Shown: positions 9,919-22,462, numbered from the stretch's first letter. The stretch: DNA of 29,705 bases from Microcystaceae cyanobacterium (GCA_041746575.1 JBGTGT010000078.1:1-29705); one strand, 5' to 3'. The notes: a model not told the origin generated them from the letters alone. Numbers and translations: made by a program.

Positions 9919-10746
9919 ATGAGATATCGTGCTTTAATTGTGGCTTTGATTGCCCTCTGCTTAGGAGTGTTAACTGCCTGTAGTTCAGGCCCCTCCGACG
10001 TGGCTAGCAAAGACCAACTCACCTATGATGAAATTCTCAATACGGGATTAGCAAACAAGTGTCCCCAAATTTCTGAGTTTACACGGGGAACCGTTCCCGT
10101 CGAGGCGGGACAAACTTATGTGGTTCAGAACTTGTGCCTAGAACCCCAAGAATTCTTCGTGAAAGAAGAACCCGCCAACAAACGTCAGGAAGCCGAATTT
10201 GTCCGCAGTAAGCTTTTAACCCGTAAAACCACCAGTTTAGAGCAAATTACGGCTAATCTTGCCGTCTCTAGAGATGGGGTTCTTACCTTAAGCGAACAAG
10301 AAGGGATCGATTTCCAACCGATTACCGTTCAACTCTCCGACGGAGAACAAGTTCCTTTCTTCTTTACCATGAAGAACTTTGTCGGTCAAACCGGCCCCGG
10401 CTTTAACGCCCTGAATAGTTCTGTAGATTTTGAAGGGGGCTTCCGCGTTCCTTCCTACCGAGGGGCAGGTTTCCTCGATCCTAAAGGTCGCGGGGTTTAT
10501 ACCGGATATGATAACGCCGTTGCTCTGCCGGCGGCTGCCGATGCGGACGAATTTGCCAATGTCAAATCGACTGATGTAGGTAAAGGCACAATGTCCCTGC
10601 GAATTACCAAAGTGGATGGACAAACGGGAGAGATAGCTGGAGTATTTGAAAGTATTCAGCCGTCTGATACCGATTTAGGCGCAAAAGAAGCCGTTAGTGT
10701 CAAAATTCGCGGTACCTTTTACGGCAGAGTCGAACCGAGCGTTTAA
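9919..10746 (+). CDS. psbO: Photosystem II manganese-stabilizing protein PsbO
   Basis: MRYRALIVA signal, LTYDEILNTGLANKCP, FRVPSYRGAGFLDPKGRG, GYDNAVALP, QPSDTDLGAKE. Start placed at ATG 9919 rather than the ORF-track 9829. Confidence 0.98.
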   Translation: MRYRALIVALIALCLGVLTACSSGPSDVASKDQLTYDEILNTGLANKCPQISEFTRGTVPVEAGQTYVVQNLCLEPQEFFVKEEPANKRQEAEFVRSKLLTRKTTSLEQITANLAVSRDGVLTLSEQEGIDFQPITVQLSDGEQVPFFFTMKNFVGQTGPGFNALNSSVDFEGGFRVPSYRGAGFLDPKGRGVYTGYDNAVALPAAADADEFANVKSTDVGKGTMSLRITKVDGQTGEIAGVFESIQPSDTDLGAKEAVSVKIRGTFYGRVEPSV

Positions 10747-10777
10747 TCTAACCATTCCCCTGAATAGTCAGATACGG

Positions 10778-10829
10778 AAAGGAGCAATCCCACAGGGATC
10801 TCGCCAAAGGCGAGTGCGCTCCTTTTTTT
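10778..10829 (+). terminator. psbO intrinsic terminator with a branched (three-way) stem
   Basis: Outer stem AAAGGAGC/GCTCCTTT followed by a T-run. It encloses the hairpins ATCCC-ACA-GGGAT and CTCGCC-AAA-GGCGAG. Confidence 0.7.
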
Positions 10830-11124
10830 GTGACAAAACGACCGATGAATTATCGTTAATTCTCATTTTCGGAAGACGCGTCTCAGTAGAATTAGGGATA
10901 GCCTTGATCTTCTTTTTTTTAAATTTTAGTAAAACTGCGATTGTAACTTTCTTGAACGATTCATAAGCTAGATAACGTCAATCGTTATACGGATCGAATC
11001 CTTATCTCTGTTTAAGGCGACCCACTCCCAAGATTTTTCCGATCATCTTTTTTTTACGTTGTCCTTAACTTATTTTTCTCTTTACAACTCGATTAATTAT
11101 TCTTTATCCTTTGAGCATTGAGCT

Positions 11125-11892
11125 ATGTCTAGCCTGACCCGAGAAAATCTTAAACTGGAAACGCTCCACCTCTTTCAAGACTACCGCCGTTCCGGCAAAA
11201 CTGAATTACGCAATCGCATCGTAGAAATCAATTTTGGTTTAGTTAGAAAAGAAGCTCACCATTGGATTAATCAATGCACGGAGAACTATGAAGATCTCTT
11301 ACAAGTCGGATGTCTCGGATTGATTCGTGCCATCGAGCGATTTAACATCGAAAAAGGTCACGCCTTTAGTTCCTTCGCCGTTCCCTACATTCGAGGAGAA
11401 ATTCAGCACTATTTAAGAGATCGGGGCTATTCTATCCGTATTCCTCGACGTTGGCTCGAACTCGGTCGTCAAGCGGCAAACATTTGTCTGGAATTTCAAA
11501 CCACCCTCAATCGTCAAGCTACGGATGCTGAAATTGCACAACGATTGGGTATTTCGGCTGGAGAATGGCAAGAAATTAAATTAGCCTTTCAAAATCGGGA
11601 TCCCCTGAGCTTAGACATGTCCATCAATCATCATGAGGAAGGTCATACCCGTCTGGGGGATCTCGTCGCCGATCCTAAATGTAAAAGCTTTCAACTGACT
11701 CAAGAAGATCGTTTCCGCCTGCAACATGGACTCGCACAACTTGAAGAACGAACCCGTGAAATCTTGGAATTTGTCTTTCTCCAAGACCTGACACAACGAG
11801 AAACCGCCGAACAATTGGGAATTAGTGTAGTTACTGTCTCTCGTCGGGTGAAAAAAGGGTTAGAGCGTCTCAAGCAAGTGATGGCTTCGTAA
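11125..11892 (+). CDS. sigF: Group 3 RNA polymerase sigma factor SigF
   Basis: NFGLVRKEAHHW, DLLQVGCLGLIRAIERF, FSSFAVPYIRGEIQHYLRD, and region 4 HTH LTQRETAEQLGIS. Confidence 0.92.
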   Translation: MSSLTRENLKLETLHLFQDYRRSGKTELRNRIVEINFGLVRKEAHHWINQCTENYEDLLQVGCLGLIRAIERFNIEKGHAFSSFAVPYIRGEIQHYLRDRGYSIRIPRRWLELGRQAANICLEFQTTLNRQATDAEIAQRLGISAGEWQEIKLAFQNRDPLSLDMSINHHEEGHTRLGDLVADPKCKSFQLTQEDRFRLQHGLAQLEERTREILEFVFLQDLTQRETAEQLGISVVTVSRRVKKGLERLKQVMAS

Positions 11893-11923
11893 AATTTTTA
11901 TTTTTTCCATTGCTCACAGCTAT

Positions 11924-11962
11924 AACGAAGGTTTAATCGACTTCATGCGACCTTCGTTTTTT
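11924..11962 (+). terminator. Probable sigF terminator
   Basis: 9-bp stem AACGAAGGT/ACCTTCGTT followed by a T-run; the loop is long (17 nt). Confidence 0.5.
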
Positions 11963-11994
11963 CTGGGGCAAAAAAGCCAAGATAGTCTGAAAGA

Positions 11995-13488
<1,494 letters not shown>

Positions 13489-13640
13489 CCTAATAAGCGA
13501 TTATCCCTAAAAATTTACGTCAGAACTAATGACGAAAAGCGGATTGAATGGGACAATGCTATAGGGCATCTTTCATTGACTTCTCTTGTTCGTCTATTCT
13601 GTCCTTTTTTTCTATCAAATCTCCATTCTGCTTGTGCTGA

Positions 13641-14570
13641 ATGCTGCAACTACCCAAACCACCAAAACCCACTCACCCCTTAGTCTCTCTTGAAGAGTCC
13701 TACAAGATTTGTCGTCAAATTACGGCAAAATACTCAAAAACGTTCTATTTGGGGACGTTATTAATGCCATCGGAGAAACGCCAAGCGATCTGGGCAATCT
13801 ACGTCTGGTGTCGTCGAACAGATGAATTAGTCGACGGACCTCAAGCTCAATTGACAACACCGGAAACCCTTGATCAGTGGGAACAACACCTCGAGGCGGT
13901 TTTTGCGGGTCATCCTTTGGATAACGAAGATGTATCATTAGTGGATACCTTACAGCGTTTTCCCAGCGATATTCAGCCGTTTCGCGATATGATCGAAGGA
14001 CAACGCATGGATCTCTATCGCAGTCGCTACGAAACCTTTGAGGAACTCAATCTTTATTGCTATCGAGTGGCAGGAACGGTCGGTTTGATGTCGAGTTCGG
14101 TACTAGGCGTGGAAAAAGCGGCCAGTGTTGCCCCTTGGCAAAGGGAAGATCTTTATATTCCCAAAGAAGAAGCGATCGCATTGGGAATTGCCAATCAACT
14201 CACCAATATTTTGCGGGATGTGGGGGAAGATGCTCAACGGGGTCGAATTTATTTACCGCTTGAAGATTTAGCCTCGTTTGATTATACAGAGCAGGATTTA
14301 TTCAATGGGGTAATCGATGAGCGTTGGCGGCAGTTGATGGCATTTCAGATTCAACGGGCAAGGAAGTATTACAATGATGCTGAAAGAGGAATTCGGGCAT
14401 TAAATCGGGATTCCCGTTGGCCAGTTTGGTCGGCTTTGATGTTATACCAAGGAATTTTGGACATAATTGAGGCGAATCAATATGATGTTTTTCAAAAACG
14501 GGCTTATGTGCCTACTCCCAAGAAGATGCTTTATTTGCCGATTGCTTGGTTGAGGGCGCAAGCGTTGTAG
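13641..14570 (+). CDS. crtB: Phytoene synthase
   Basis: YSKTFYLGT, WCRRTDELVD, YCYRVAGTVG, NQLTNILRDVGED; lies directly after crtP. Confidence 0.98.
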   Translation: MLQLPKPPKPTHPLVSLEESYKICRQITAKYSKTFYLGTLLMPSEKRQAIWAIYVWCRRTDELVDGPQAQLTTPETLDQWEQHLEAVFAGHPLDNEDVSLVDTLQRFPSDIQPFRDMIEGQRMDLYRSRYETFEELNLYCYRVAGTVGLMSSSVLGVEKAASVAPWQREDLYIPKEEAIALGIANQLTNILRDVGEDAQRGRIYLPLEDLASFDYTEQDLFNGVIDERWRQLMAFQIQRARKYYNDAERGIRALNRDSRWPVWSALMLYQGILDIIEANQYDVFQKRAYVPTPKKMLYLPIAWLRAQAL

Positions 14571-14691
14571 GAAATTCCGATCAGGGTTAAACAATTACGG
14601 CAAAATTTTCTAAGTTGGATTATCTTGGGCAAATTCCGCTATTTAACGAATTCTCGAAATAACTTAGCCTACCCAAAACTTTAGACTTAAT

Positions 14692-16503
14692 TTACTGTTG
14701 TTCTAAGCGCAGAACTGCCATAAATGCTTCTTGCGGAACATCTACGGTGCCTATCGCCTTCATGCGCTTCTTGCCCTTCGCTTGCTTTTGTAGAAGTTTC
14801 TTCTTACGAGAAATATCTCCTCCGTAGCATTTGGCTAAAACATCCTTGCGTAAAGCCGGAATATGCTCAGAAGCAATCACTTTAGCACCAATAGCTGCTT
14901 GAATCGGCACTTTGAACTGATGGCGGGGAATCAATTCTTTTAATTTTTCCACCATTCCTCGTCCGACATGGTAAGCTTTATCCCGATGAACAATCATGGC
15001 GAGCGCATCAACGCTATCCCCATTCACCATAAGATCCAGCTTGACTAAGGGATTTTCCCGATAACCAATCACTTGATACTCCATACTGGCATAGCCTCGG
15101 GAACGGGATTTCAATTGGTCAAAAAAGTCTGTCACCACTTCCGCCAACGGCAGTTCATAGATTAAAGAAGTGCGAGTTTGAGTAAAATAACGCATATCTT
15201 TAAAGACACCCCGCCTGCCTTGACAAAGCTCCATCAACGTCCCGACGAAAGACTCTGGCGTCACGATGTCAATTTGGATATAAGGTTCTTCAATTTTTTC
15301 CCGATGCTGAGCAGGGGGCAATTGACTGGGATTATCAATCAAAGTAACTTCCCCATCCAAAGCCGTCACCCGATAAACCACAGAAGGTGCAGTCGTGATT
15401 AAATCTAAGTCATACTCTCTCTCTAAGCGTTCTTGCACGATTTCCATGTGAAGCAATCCCAAAAAACCACAACGGAAGCCAAAACCCATTGCACTAGAGG
15501 TTTCCGGTTCATAGGATAAGGCCGCATCATTCAACTTCAGCTTATCCAGCGCCTCTCGTAAATCGTGATATTGGTCAGCATCAGTCGGAAAAAGCCCACA
15601 AAACACCATAGGTTTCGCTTCGGTATAGCCCGGTAACGGTTCTTTAGCGGGTTTCGAGGCAAGAGTAATGGTATCACCGACTCTAGCATCTTCAACTGCC
15701 TTAATGGCGGCGGCAAGGTAGCCCACTTCCCCAGCATGAAGTTCATCTACTTGAATTTGATGGGGAGACAAAACCCCTAATTCATCAATTTCACATTCTT
15801 TACCCGATGCCATCAGCCGAATTTTATCTCCTTTTTTTAGCGTTCCATCCATCACTCGAAAATAAACAATCACCCCACGATAAGCATCGTAATAACTGTC
15901 AAAAATTAACGCTCGTAAGGGTTGGTTCACCGTATCCTGCGGCGGTGGCACGAGATGAACGATCGATTCTAAAATGTCGTCGATGCCGATTCCTGCTTTC
16001 GCTGACGCTTTAATAATATCACGACAGTCTAAACCCACTACTTCTTCAATTTCCGTTGCTACGCGTTCCGGTTCTGCCCCCGGTAGGTCAATTTTGTTTA
16101 AAACGGGGATAATTTCGAGGTCATTCTCCAAAGCCAAATAGACATTCGCCAGTGTTTGTGCTTCTACTCCTTGGGAGGAGTCCACGACTAATAATGCTCC
16201 TTCACACGCAGCGAGGGAACGGGAGACTTCATAGGAAAAATCCACGTGGCCAGGGGTATCGATGAGGTTTAAGACGTACTGTTGACCATCTTGAGCAGTA
16301 TAATTCATTCTCGCCGCTTGTAGCTTGATCGTGATGCCCCGTTCCCGCTCTAAATCCATGTTATCGAGGAATTGCTCTTTCATTTGTCGAGCTTGAACGG
16401 TTTGGGTAACTTGCAGTAGGCGATCAGCAAGGGTGGATTTGCCATGATCGATGTGGGCAATGATGGAAAAGTTCCGAATCCGAGAAACGGGAACGTCAGT
16501 CAT
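14692..16503 (-). CDS. lepA: Elongation factor 4 (LepA)
   Basis: [42 protein letters not shown]. Start placed at MTDVPV (16503). Confidence 0.98.
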   Translation of the reverse strand: MTDVPVSRIRNFSIIAHIDHGKSTLADRLLQVTQTVQARQMKEQFLDNMDLERERGITIKLQAARMNYTAQDGQQYVLNLIDTPGHVDFSYEVSRSLAACEGALLVVDSSQGVEAQTLANVYLALENDLEIIPVLNKIDLPGAEPERVATEIEEVVGLDCRDIIKASAKAGIGIDDILESIVHLVPPPQDTVNQPLRALIFDSYYDAYRGVIVYFRVMDGTLKKGDKIRLMASGKECEIDELGVLSPHQIQVDELHAGEVGYLAAAIKAVEDARVGDTITLASKPAKEPLPGYTEAKPMVFCGLFPTDADQYHDLREALDKLKLNDAALSYEPETSSAMGFGFRCGFLGLLHMEIVQERLEREYDLDLITTAPSVVYRVTALDGEVTLIDNPSQLPPAQHREKIEEPYIQIDIVTPESFVGTLMELCQGRRGVFKDMRYFTQTRTSLIYELPLAEVVTDFFDQLKSRSRGYASMEYQVIGYRENPLVKLDLMVNGDSVDALAMIVHRDKAYHVGRGMVEKLKELIPRHQFKVPIQAAIGAKVIASEHIPALRKDVLAKCYGGDISRKKKLLQKQAKGKKRMKAIGTVDVPQEAFMAVLRLEQQ

Positions 16504-16785
16504 AAAGGTAAGGGATGAACCTGTCAAAAGAGCTTAAAATCTGTTTACAAAATAACACATTTACAACGGATCTGGATTTTAGGTAGGGACACACCCTCAA
16601 TGATGGGATTAAATTATAAAGTTTTTTGAACCAAAGTATTCATTTAGTGATCCACAAGGGAACGTTATCAATAACGGAAACGAAGCACTTAACTGTTAAT
16701 TGTTTCCCTAAAATTTTGGGGTGATCTTGACGCAAATGCACCCGAAATATCTACAAGATTTTTCTTAAAAAAACGGATAAAATTT

Positions 16786-17754
16786 ATGAATACAATAACT
16801 TTTTTGGGGCTGGCCTGCTGGGGTACAGTTTGCGGGTTTCGCTTGGCCTCACCGGCTTCGGCGGCCAATATTACCGATAGCGATAGCGATATGTGTTATC
16901 CCGATCCTAGCATGATGGGGTGTACGAAAGTTCACTCAGAGCTTGCCCTAATTTTGGACGGTTCTGCGAGTATCACCAACGAGAATTTTGTTACCCTTAA
17001 AAGCATCTACAGCGATGTTTTTAGAAATTCCAATTTTTATGATCAAATTATTGCGCCCCTCCCTTCAGGAAAGCAGAATATTGCCGTCAGCACCTTTCAA
17101 TTCGGCTATGGAGGTGGCAAGACAGTTCGCCAAGATATTGATTGGATGGTGATTGATTCATCGGCGGCGGCGGCAACTTTTGCTGATCAGTTGGATACTC
17201 TGACTCAAATGGGAGGACACCAATCCCCCCTCGGAGACGCCATTAGCTATGTCACTGATGATTTGCGTCAGAATGCTTATGCAGGGGATTATCTCATCAT
17301 AGATATTGCCAGTGATGGTTATGCCTTTCTCGAAAACGTGAGCTGGGAAAAAGCAACAATAGATGCTTATTGGGCAGATATTAATGCAATTAACGGTATT
17401 TCAGTCAATCCTGCAACTAATCCCTCGGTTAGTCCTGTCTTAGATAATATTGTCAGCTTGACTAAAGCAGATAATAGCCCCCTTATACCCAGTATTCCCG
17501 ATGCTCATTGGTCAAATCCCAGTGCCACAGTTGGTTTTCTCTCTGTGACAGGAAATTATAACAACTACTATCAATTTTTAGCGAATAAAATTGCCAAAGA
17601 AACTTTACCGAAAGATGTTTATAATCCTGACAAAAATTACCTTGAGCCTGAATCTCCCGTTGATGTTCCTGAGCCTTCGTCTTTCTGGGGACTGCTAAGC
17701 TTTGCTTGGTGGGGAGTCTGTTATCGAGCTTTCTTTAAACAACCCCAAAAATGA
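16786..17754 (+). CDS. Secreted vWA/DUF1194-like protein with PEP-CTERM sorting signal
   Basis: Signal peptide ending ASPASA, MIDAS-like LILDGSASI and IDIASDG, C-terminal VPEPSS plus hydrophobic segment and basic tail. Confidence 0.8.
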   Translation: MNTITFLGLACWGTVCGFRLASPASAANITDSDSDMCYPDPSMMGCTKVHSELALILDGSASITNENFVTLKSIYSDVFRNSNFYDQIIAPLPSGKQNIAVSTFQFGYGGGKTVRQDIDWMVIDSSAAAATFADQLDTLTQMGGHQSPLGDAISYVTDDLRQNAYAGDYLIIDIASDGYAFLENVSWEKATIDAYWADINAINGISVNPATNPSVSPVLDNIVSLTKADNSPLIPSIPDAHWSNPSATVGFLSVTGNYNNYYQFLANKIAKETLPKDVYNPDKNYLEPESPVDVPEPSSFWGLLSFAWWGVCYRAFFKQPQK

Positions 17755-17759
17755 TAAAC

Positions 17760-18392
17760 TCAATGCTCAAAAATATCTTTATAAAAGTTAAGATCAAGGG
17801 AAACAAAGACAGGAATACACTTAAAACACTCTTGTGCTAATTGCCATCGTTCTTCTCGTTCTAACATTGCGATTAAGCGAGTTCTAGCATCTAATAAATA
17901 ATGAACATCATTGGCCGCATAACTGAGTTGAGACGGAGAAAGGTGGTCTGCATTGCCCCAATCCGAACTCTGGGCGGTTTTATCTAATTCAATTCCCATC
18001 AATTCTTGAACCAGTGCCTTTAATCCATGATTATTGGTGTAAGTTCTGGCTAATTTGCTGGCGATTTTTGTACAAAAGATCGGATTTGTTTTAATGCTAA
18101 AGGTATGAAGAAGTTGTGCTAGATCAAAACGGGCAAAATGAAAAACCTTAGTAATTTTATTTGCTTCCATTAACTGTTTTAAATAAGGGGCTTCGGTTTG
18201 TCCTTTTTGAATACGAATGGCCGTCACAAAACCCGACGCATCACACAATTGAATTAAACATAAGCGATCCCTTGCGGGAATTAATCCCATTGTTTCCGTA
18301 TCCACAGCGATCACATCTGTTTGAAGATAACGTTCCAGTATTTCTGGCGATAAATCTGCTTCACACACTCGGAAATTGTCTAAATTCGTCAT
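17760..18392 (-). CDS. rnd: Ribonuclease D-like 3'-5' exonuclease
   Basis: DEDDy motifs: AVDTETMGL, KVFHFARFD, QSSDWG...YAANDV. Confidence 0.9.
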   Translation of the reverse strand: MTNLDNFRVCEADLSPEILERYLQTDVIAVDTETMGLIPARDRLCLIQLCDASGFVTAIRIQKGQTEAPYLKQLMEANKITKVFHFARFDLAQLLHTFSIKTNPIFCTKIASKLARTYTNNHGLKALVQELMGIELDKTAQSSDWGNADHLSPSQLSYAANDVHYLLDARTRLIAMLEREERWQLAQECFKCIPVFVSLDLNFYKDIFEH

Positions 18393-18395
18393 TTT

Positions 18396-19406
18396 TTACC
18401 TTTTTAGTAGAAAAAGCTGAGTAAAATAATATTCGCCTTCCGCATTTTTGGCAACTCCAATCCCTGTGACATCAAATTTGCCAATCATATTTTTATGGTG
18501 TCCGGGGCTATTAATCCACCCTTGGACGGCAGTGGTAGCTAAATCGGGGTATCCTTTCAAATAGGCTAAGTTTTCGGCGGCAGACTTCAAGGGAAGGCTA
18601 ATCGTCATCGCTTTTACCCGTTGATCAAAGCCATCATGACTAAAGGTGGCTTGTTTACCGGCCATATTTTGACTGTGCAAGCGAGCGATCGCACTAACAC
18701 GAGGATCGAGATTTAAAGGAGAAAGTCCTTCAGAATAGCGATATTGATTCACTTGACGGTTTATTTCCAGTTCTAAGCTCGATAAAGTGGGATCACTTTG
18801 ATTTTTAGCAGATTTTTGCTCGAGAAAGGGATCAGAAATTTTCCAAGGACTTGGTGAAGTAATAACAGAGGACGACTCAGCTTCTTTAACAAAAATTTGG
18901 GTTAAATAATACTCTCCCGCTAAATTTTGGGCAATACCGATTCCTGTCGCATTGTAATCCCCTTCTAAGTTTTGTCGGTTGCTGATTTGACCGAGCCATC
19001 CCTGTAAAGTGGACTGAGCCACATTAATATTACTCGGATCAATGGCAATATTTTCGGCGGCTTTTTGGACATTTAGGGTAATTGCGATGGTTTTAATGCG
19101 ATCATCAAAGCCAGAACTGTCAAATTCGATGGCTTTCGCCGCCATCCGTTCACTATGTATTCGGGCTTGTTGGGTGATGGCAGGATTTAAGTCTAAAGGC
19201 GGCAGTTGACGAGAACGGCGATGTTGATTAACCTGATGCAGTAATTCTCGTTCTAACGCCCTTAACGTTTGCGGATCATCCAAAACAGGGGTAATTTGCG
19301 GCGATGATCTTCCTTGAGTAAGGTCATTTTCCTTGAGGAGTTGACAGCCCCCTAAATTACCAGAAAAGAGGATAAAGATCCAAAAAAGGGCAGAATAACG
19401 GAACAT
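18396..19406 (-). CDS. Lipoprotein with two tandem CAP/SCP domains
   Basis: Lipobox LGGC. Two copies of VNQxR...L...ARxHSxxMA...AEN...GW...TGIG...YxTQxF. Confidence 0.88.
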   Translation of the reverse strand: MFRYSALFWIFILFSGNLGGCQLLKENDLTQGRSSPQITPVLDDPQTLRALERELLHQVNQHRRSRQLPPLDLNPAITQQARIHSERMAAKAIEFDSSGFDDRIKTIAITLNVQKAAENIAIDPSNINVAQSTLQGWLGQISNRQNLEGDYNATGIGIAQNLAGEYYLTQIFVKEAESSSVITSPSPWKISDPFLEQKSAKNQSDPTLSSLELEINRQVNQYRYSEGLSPLNLDPRVSAIARLHSQNMAGKQATFSHDGFDQRVKAMTISLPLKSAAENLAYLKGYPDLATTAVQGWINSPGHHKNMIGKFDVTGIGVAKNAEGEYYFTQLFLLKR

Positions 19407-19427
19407 TTTGATAATTCTTTTTATTTT

Positions 19428-20168
19428 TTATAATGTTTCTCTATACAATTCTAAAACCTGTTGCCATGCGTTTGTAGCGGCAGCCGCTTGAAAACTGGAG
19501 CGTTGATCACAGAAAAAGCCATGATTTGCTCCTTCGTAACGAAAAATTTGATGGGGAATTTTCGCTTTTTTTAAGGCATTTTCAATAGCATCAACGTGTT
19601 CAAGGGGAATTAGAGAGTCATCTGTGCCAAAGAAACCGTATAGCACCCCTTTAATTTCAGAGGTTTGGCAAATCGTCGGTTGATCTTCAGCGGGACACCA
19701 AGTCGGAATCTGTGCGCCGTAGAATGAGGTAGTGGCTTTAATTTCAGGTAAAGTGGCAACCAGATAGGCAACGTGTCCACCAAAACAAAAACCGATAGTG
19801 CCGACACCCTCTGTTTTAACTTGAGGCAATTGATACAGATAATCAATGGTGGATTGAATATCACTGAGTAATTCCGAGGTTTTGGTTTTTTCTTTGTAGG
19901 ATCGTCCGATTTTGATATCTTCTTCTGTATATCCTGCAGTGAAGCCTTTAATTTGACGATAATAAAGATCGGGAGCGATCGCCACGTAACCCTGTTGAGC
20001 GATGCGACGGGTAACGTCTTTAATATGATCGTTTACCCCAAAAATCTCTTGAATGACGATAATTGGCGGAAATTCACCCTCACTGTTAGGTAGGGCAAGA
20101 TAAGCATCCATGGCTAAGTCGCCATTTTTAACGATGATCGATTCAGTTTTCAGGGGAAAATTCGTCAT
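19428..20168 (-). CDS. Dienelactone hydrolase family protein
   Basis: QEIFGVN, GFCFGG nucleophile motif, HGFFCDQR. Confidence 0.93.
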   Translation of the reverse strand: MTNFPLKTESIIVKNGDLAMDAYLALPNSEGEFPPIIVIQEIFGVNDHIKDVTRRIAQQGYVAIAPDLYYRQIKGFTAGYTEEDIKIGRSYKEKTKTSELLSDIQSTIDYLYQLPQVKTEGVGTIGFCFGGHVAYLVATLPEIKATTSFYGAQIPTWCPAEDQPTICQTSEIKGVLYGFFGTDDSLIPLEHVDAIENALKKAKIPHQIFRYEGANHGFFCDQRSSFQAAAATNAWQQVLELYRETL

Positions 20169-20302
20169 GTTAGTTGAAAAAGATGATATTAAATTGGGAA
20201 CTTAAAACGAATGAGCGAAAACTGCCGATATCTGTATCCGTAGAAGATAGGGGTCGAGCGATCGTCTTTCTATTTATCTTACGATCATCGCTGACTGATA
20301 AA

Positions 20303-20318
20303 GTTCGGAAACCCGTAC
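20303..20318 (+). promoter_or_regulatory. K-box upstream of groESL
   Basis: GTTCGG-AAAC-CCGTAC matches the cyanobacterial K-box GTTCGG-NNAN-CCNNAC. Confidence 0.8.
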
Positions 20319-20329
20319 CCGTCCGAAAC

Positions 20330-20359
20330 TTGCCAGAGGGACACGCTGTTCGTTACATT
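20330..20359 (+). promoter_or_regulatory. groESL sigma70-type promoter
   Basis: TTGCCA (20330-20335), 18-nt spacer, TACATT (20354-20359) overlapping CIRCE. Confidence 0.65.
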
Positions 20360-20384
20360 AGCACTCGGAGGGTGAGAGTGCTAA
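20358..20384 (+). promoter_or_regulatory. CIRCE element (HrcA operator)
   Basis: Perfect TTAGCACTC-N9-GAGTGCTAA. Confidence 0.97.
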
Positions 20385-20424
20385 CTCACCCCACTCGTTC
20401 AACACACGGAGGATAAAACCGAGT

Positions 20425-20736
20425 ATGGCCGCAATCAGCATCAACGTCTCTACGCTTAAGCCGCTTGGCGATCGCGTATTCGTCAAAGTCAACCCTTCTG
20501 AAGAAAAAACCGCCGGCGGTATCTTATTACCCGATACAGCCAAAGAAAAGCCCCAAGTCGGTGAAATCGTAGCCGTCGGACCTGGCAAACGCAATGATGA
20601 TGGCAGTCGTTCTGCTTTAGATATTGGCGTAGGCGATAAAGTTCTCTATTCCAAGTACGCCGGAACCGATATTAAACTCGGCGGTGAGGAATATGTGCTT
20701 CTTTCTGAAAAAGACATTTTAGCGACCGTTATCTAA
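20425..20736 (+). CDS. groES: Co-chaperonin GroES
   Basis: [32 protein letters not shown]. Confidence 0.99.
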   Translation: MAAISINVSTLKPLGDRVFVKVNPSEEKTAGGILLPDTAKEKPQVGEIVAVGPGKRNDDGSRSALDIGVGDKVLYSKYAGTDIKLGGEEYVLLSEKDILATVI

Positions 20737-20801
20737 AACGAATTTATTTTCGAGAGTACTGCTGTAAATTCCTATTTTTTTGACTGAAGAGGCATATCAT
20801 C

Positions 20802-22430
20802 ATGGCTAAATCCATCATTTACAATGACGAAGCTCGTCGCGCCCTTGAAAAAGGCATTGATATCTTAGCAGAGGCTGTTGCCGTTACCCTTGGACCTAAA
20901 GGACGGAATGTTGTCTTAGAGAAAAAATTTGGCGCTCCGCAAATTATTAACGACGGGATCACCATTGCCAAAGAAATTGAATTAGAGGATCATATCGAGA
21001 ATACTGGCGTTTCCTTAATTCGTCAGGCTGCCTCTAAAACCAACGATGTCGCAGGAGATGGCACAACCACCGCCACCGTTCTTGCCCATGCGATTGTTAA
21101 AGAGGGATTACGCAACGTAGCCGCAGGAGCCAACCCCATTGCTCTCAAACGAGGGATTGAGAAAGCGATTGAATTTTTAGTGGGTAAGATTGCTGAACAC
21201 GCTAAACAAGTGGAAGATTCTAAGGCGATCGCCCAAGTGGGTTCAATTTCTGCTGGAAACGATGAAGAAGTAGGCAGTATGATTGCTAATGCCATGGATA
21301 AAGTGGGCAAAGAAGGGGTTATCTCCCTCGAAGAAGGCAAATCCATGACCACGGAATTGGAAATCACCGAAGGGATGCGCTTTGATAAAGGGTATATCTC
21401 TCCTTATTTTGTCACCGATGCCGAACGGATGGAAGCGGTGTACGATGAACCGATGATCTTGATTACAGATAAGAAAATCACTCTAGTTCAAGATTTAGTG
21501 CCAGTTTTAGAGCAAGTTGCCCGTCAAGGCAAGCCTTTGATCATTATTGCGGAAGATATCGAAAAAGAAGCTCTCGCTACCTTGGTGGTTAACCGTTTGC
21601 GGGGGGTTCTCAATGTGGCGGCTATTAAAGCTCCCGGATTTGGCGATCGCCGTAAACAAATGCTAGAAGACATTGCCATCTTAACGGGTGGCCAAGTCAT
21701 CAGCGAAGATGCCGGATTAAAGCTAGAAAATACCAAAATTGAAAGCTTAGGCTCTGCCCGTCGTATTACTATTACCAAAGATAATACTACCGTGGTCGCT
21801 GAAGGTAATGAAAAGGCGGTTAAAGACCGTTGTGAGCAAATTCGCCGTCAAATTGACGAAACTGAGTCTTCCTACGACAAAGAAAAACTGCAAGAGCGGT
21901 TAGCGAAATTAGCCGGTGGGGTTGCTGTAATTAAAGTCGGTGCGGCAACTGAAACCGAAATGAAAGACCGTAAACTACGATTGGAAGATGCAATCAACGC
22001 TACCAAAGCGGCGGTTGAAGAAGGAATTGTGCCAGGTGGTGGTACAACTCTCGCTCATCTTGCACCTCAAACCCAAGACTGGGCAAATGCCAACCTTTCT
22101 GGGGAAGAGTTAACAGGTGCATCCATTGTTGCTCGTGCCTTACTCGCTCCCTTAAAGCGGATTGCCGAAAACGCCGGTCAAAATGGCGCAGTGGTCGCTG
22201 AACGCGTTAAAGAACGGGATTTTAATGTGGGTTATGATGCGGCAAATAACGACTACGTTGATATGTTTGAGGCGGGTATTGTTGATCCGGCAAAAGTCAC
22301 TCGTTCTGCATTACAAAATGCGGCTTCTATTGCCAGTATGGTGTTGACGACAGAGTGTATTGTCGTGGATAAACCCGAAAAAAATAAAGCATCGGCCGCA
22401 GGGGCTGGCGCAGGGGATTTTGACTACTAG
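20802..22430 (+). CDS. groEL: Chaperonin GroEL (GroEL1 type)
   Basis: [32 protein letters not shown]-terminal GDFDY; operonic with groES. Confidence 0.99.
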   Translation: MAKSIIYNDEARRALEKGIDILAEAVAVTLGPKGRNVVLEKKFGAPQIINDGITIAKEIELEDHIENTGVSLIRQAASKTNDVAGDGTTTATVLAHAIVKEGLRNVAAGANPIALKRGIEKAIEFLVGKIAEHAKQVEDSKAIAQVGSISAGNDEEVGSMIANAMDKVGKEGVISLEEGKSMTTELEITEGMRFDKGYISPYFVTDAERMEAVYDEPMILITDKKITLVQDLVPVLEQVARQGKPLIIIAEDIEKEALATLVVNRLRGVLNVAAIKAPGFGDRRKQMLEDIAILTGGQVISEDAGLKLENTKIESLGSARRITITKDNTTVVAEGNEKAVKDRCEQIRRQIDETESSYDKEKLQERLAKLAGGVAVIKVGAATETEMKDRKLRLEDAINATKAAVEEGIVPGGGTTLAHLAPQTQDWANANLSGEELTGASIVARALLAPLKRIAENAGQNGAVVAERVKERDFNVGYDAANNDYVDMFEAGIVDPAKVTRSALQNAASIASMVLTTECIVVDKPEKNKASAAGAGAGDFDY

Positions 22431-22462
22431 GGTCTAAATCATCCGTAAATTAAGTTAATTTT

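Noticed and set aside
10857..10894. Possible glnA-type riboswitch or structured RNA upstream of sigF (ATCGTT...CGGAAG...ACGCG; AGACGCGTCT palindrome)
   Set aside because: The two internal stems required for the glnA motif cannot be formed; a covariance-model search would be needed.
20174..20416. 80-aa ORF upstream of groES
   Set aside because: It spans the K-box, promoter and CIRCE; TTG start and no protein features.
22390..22430. GroEL lacks the GGM tail
   Set aside because: Normal for the operonic cyanobacterial GroEL1, which ends GDFDY.
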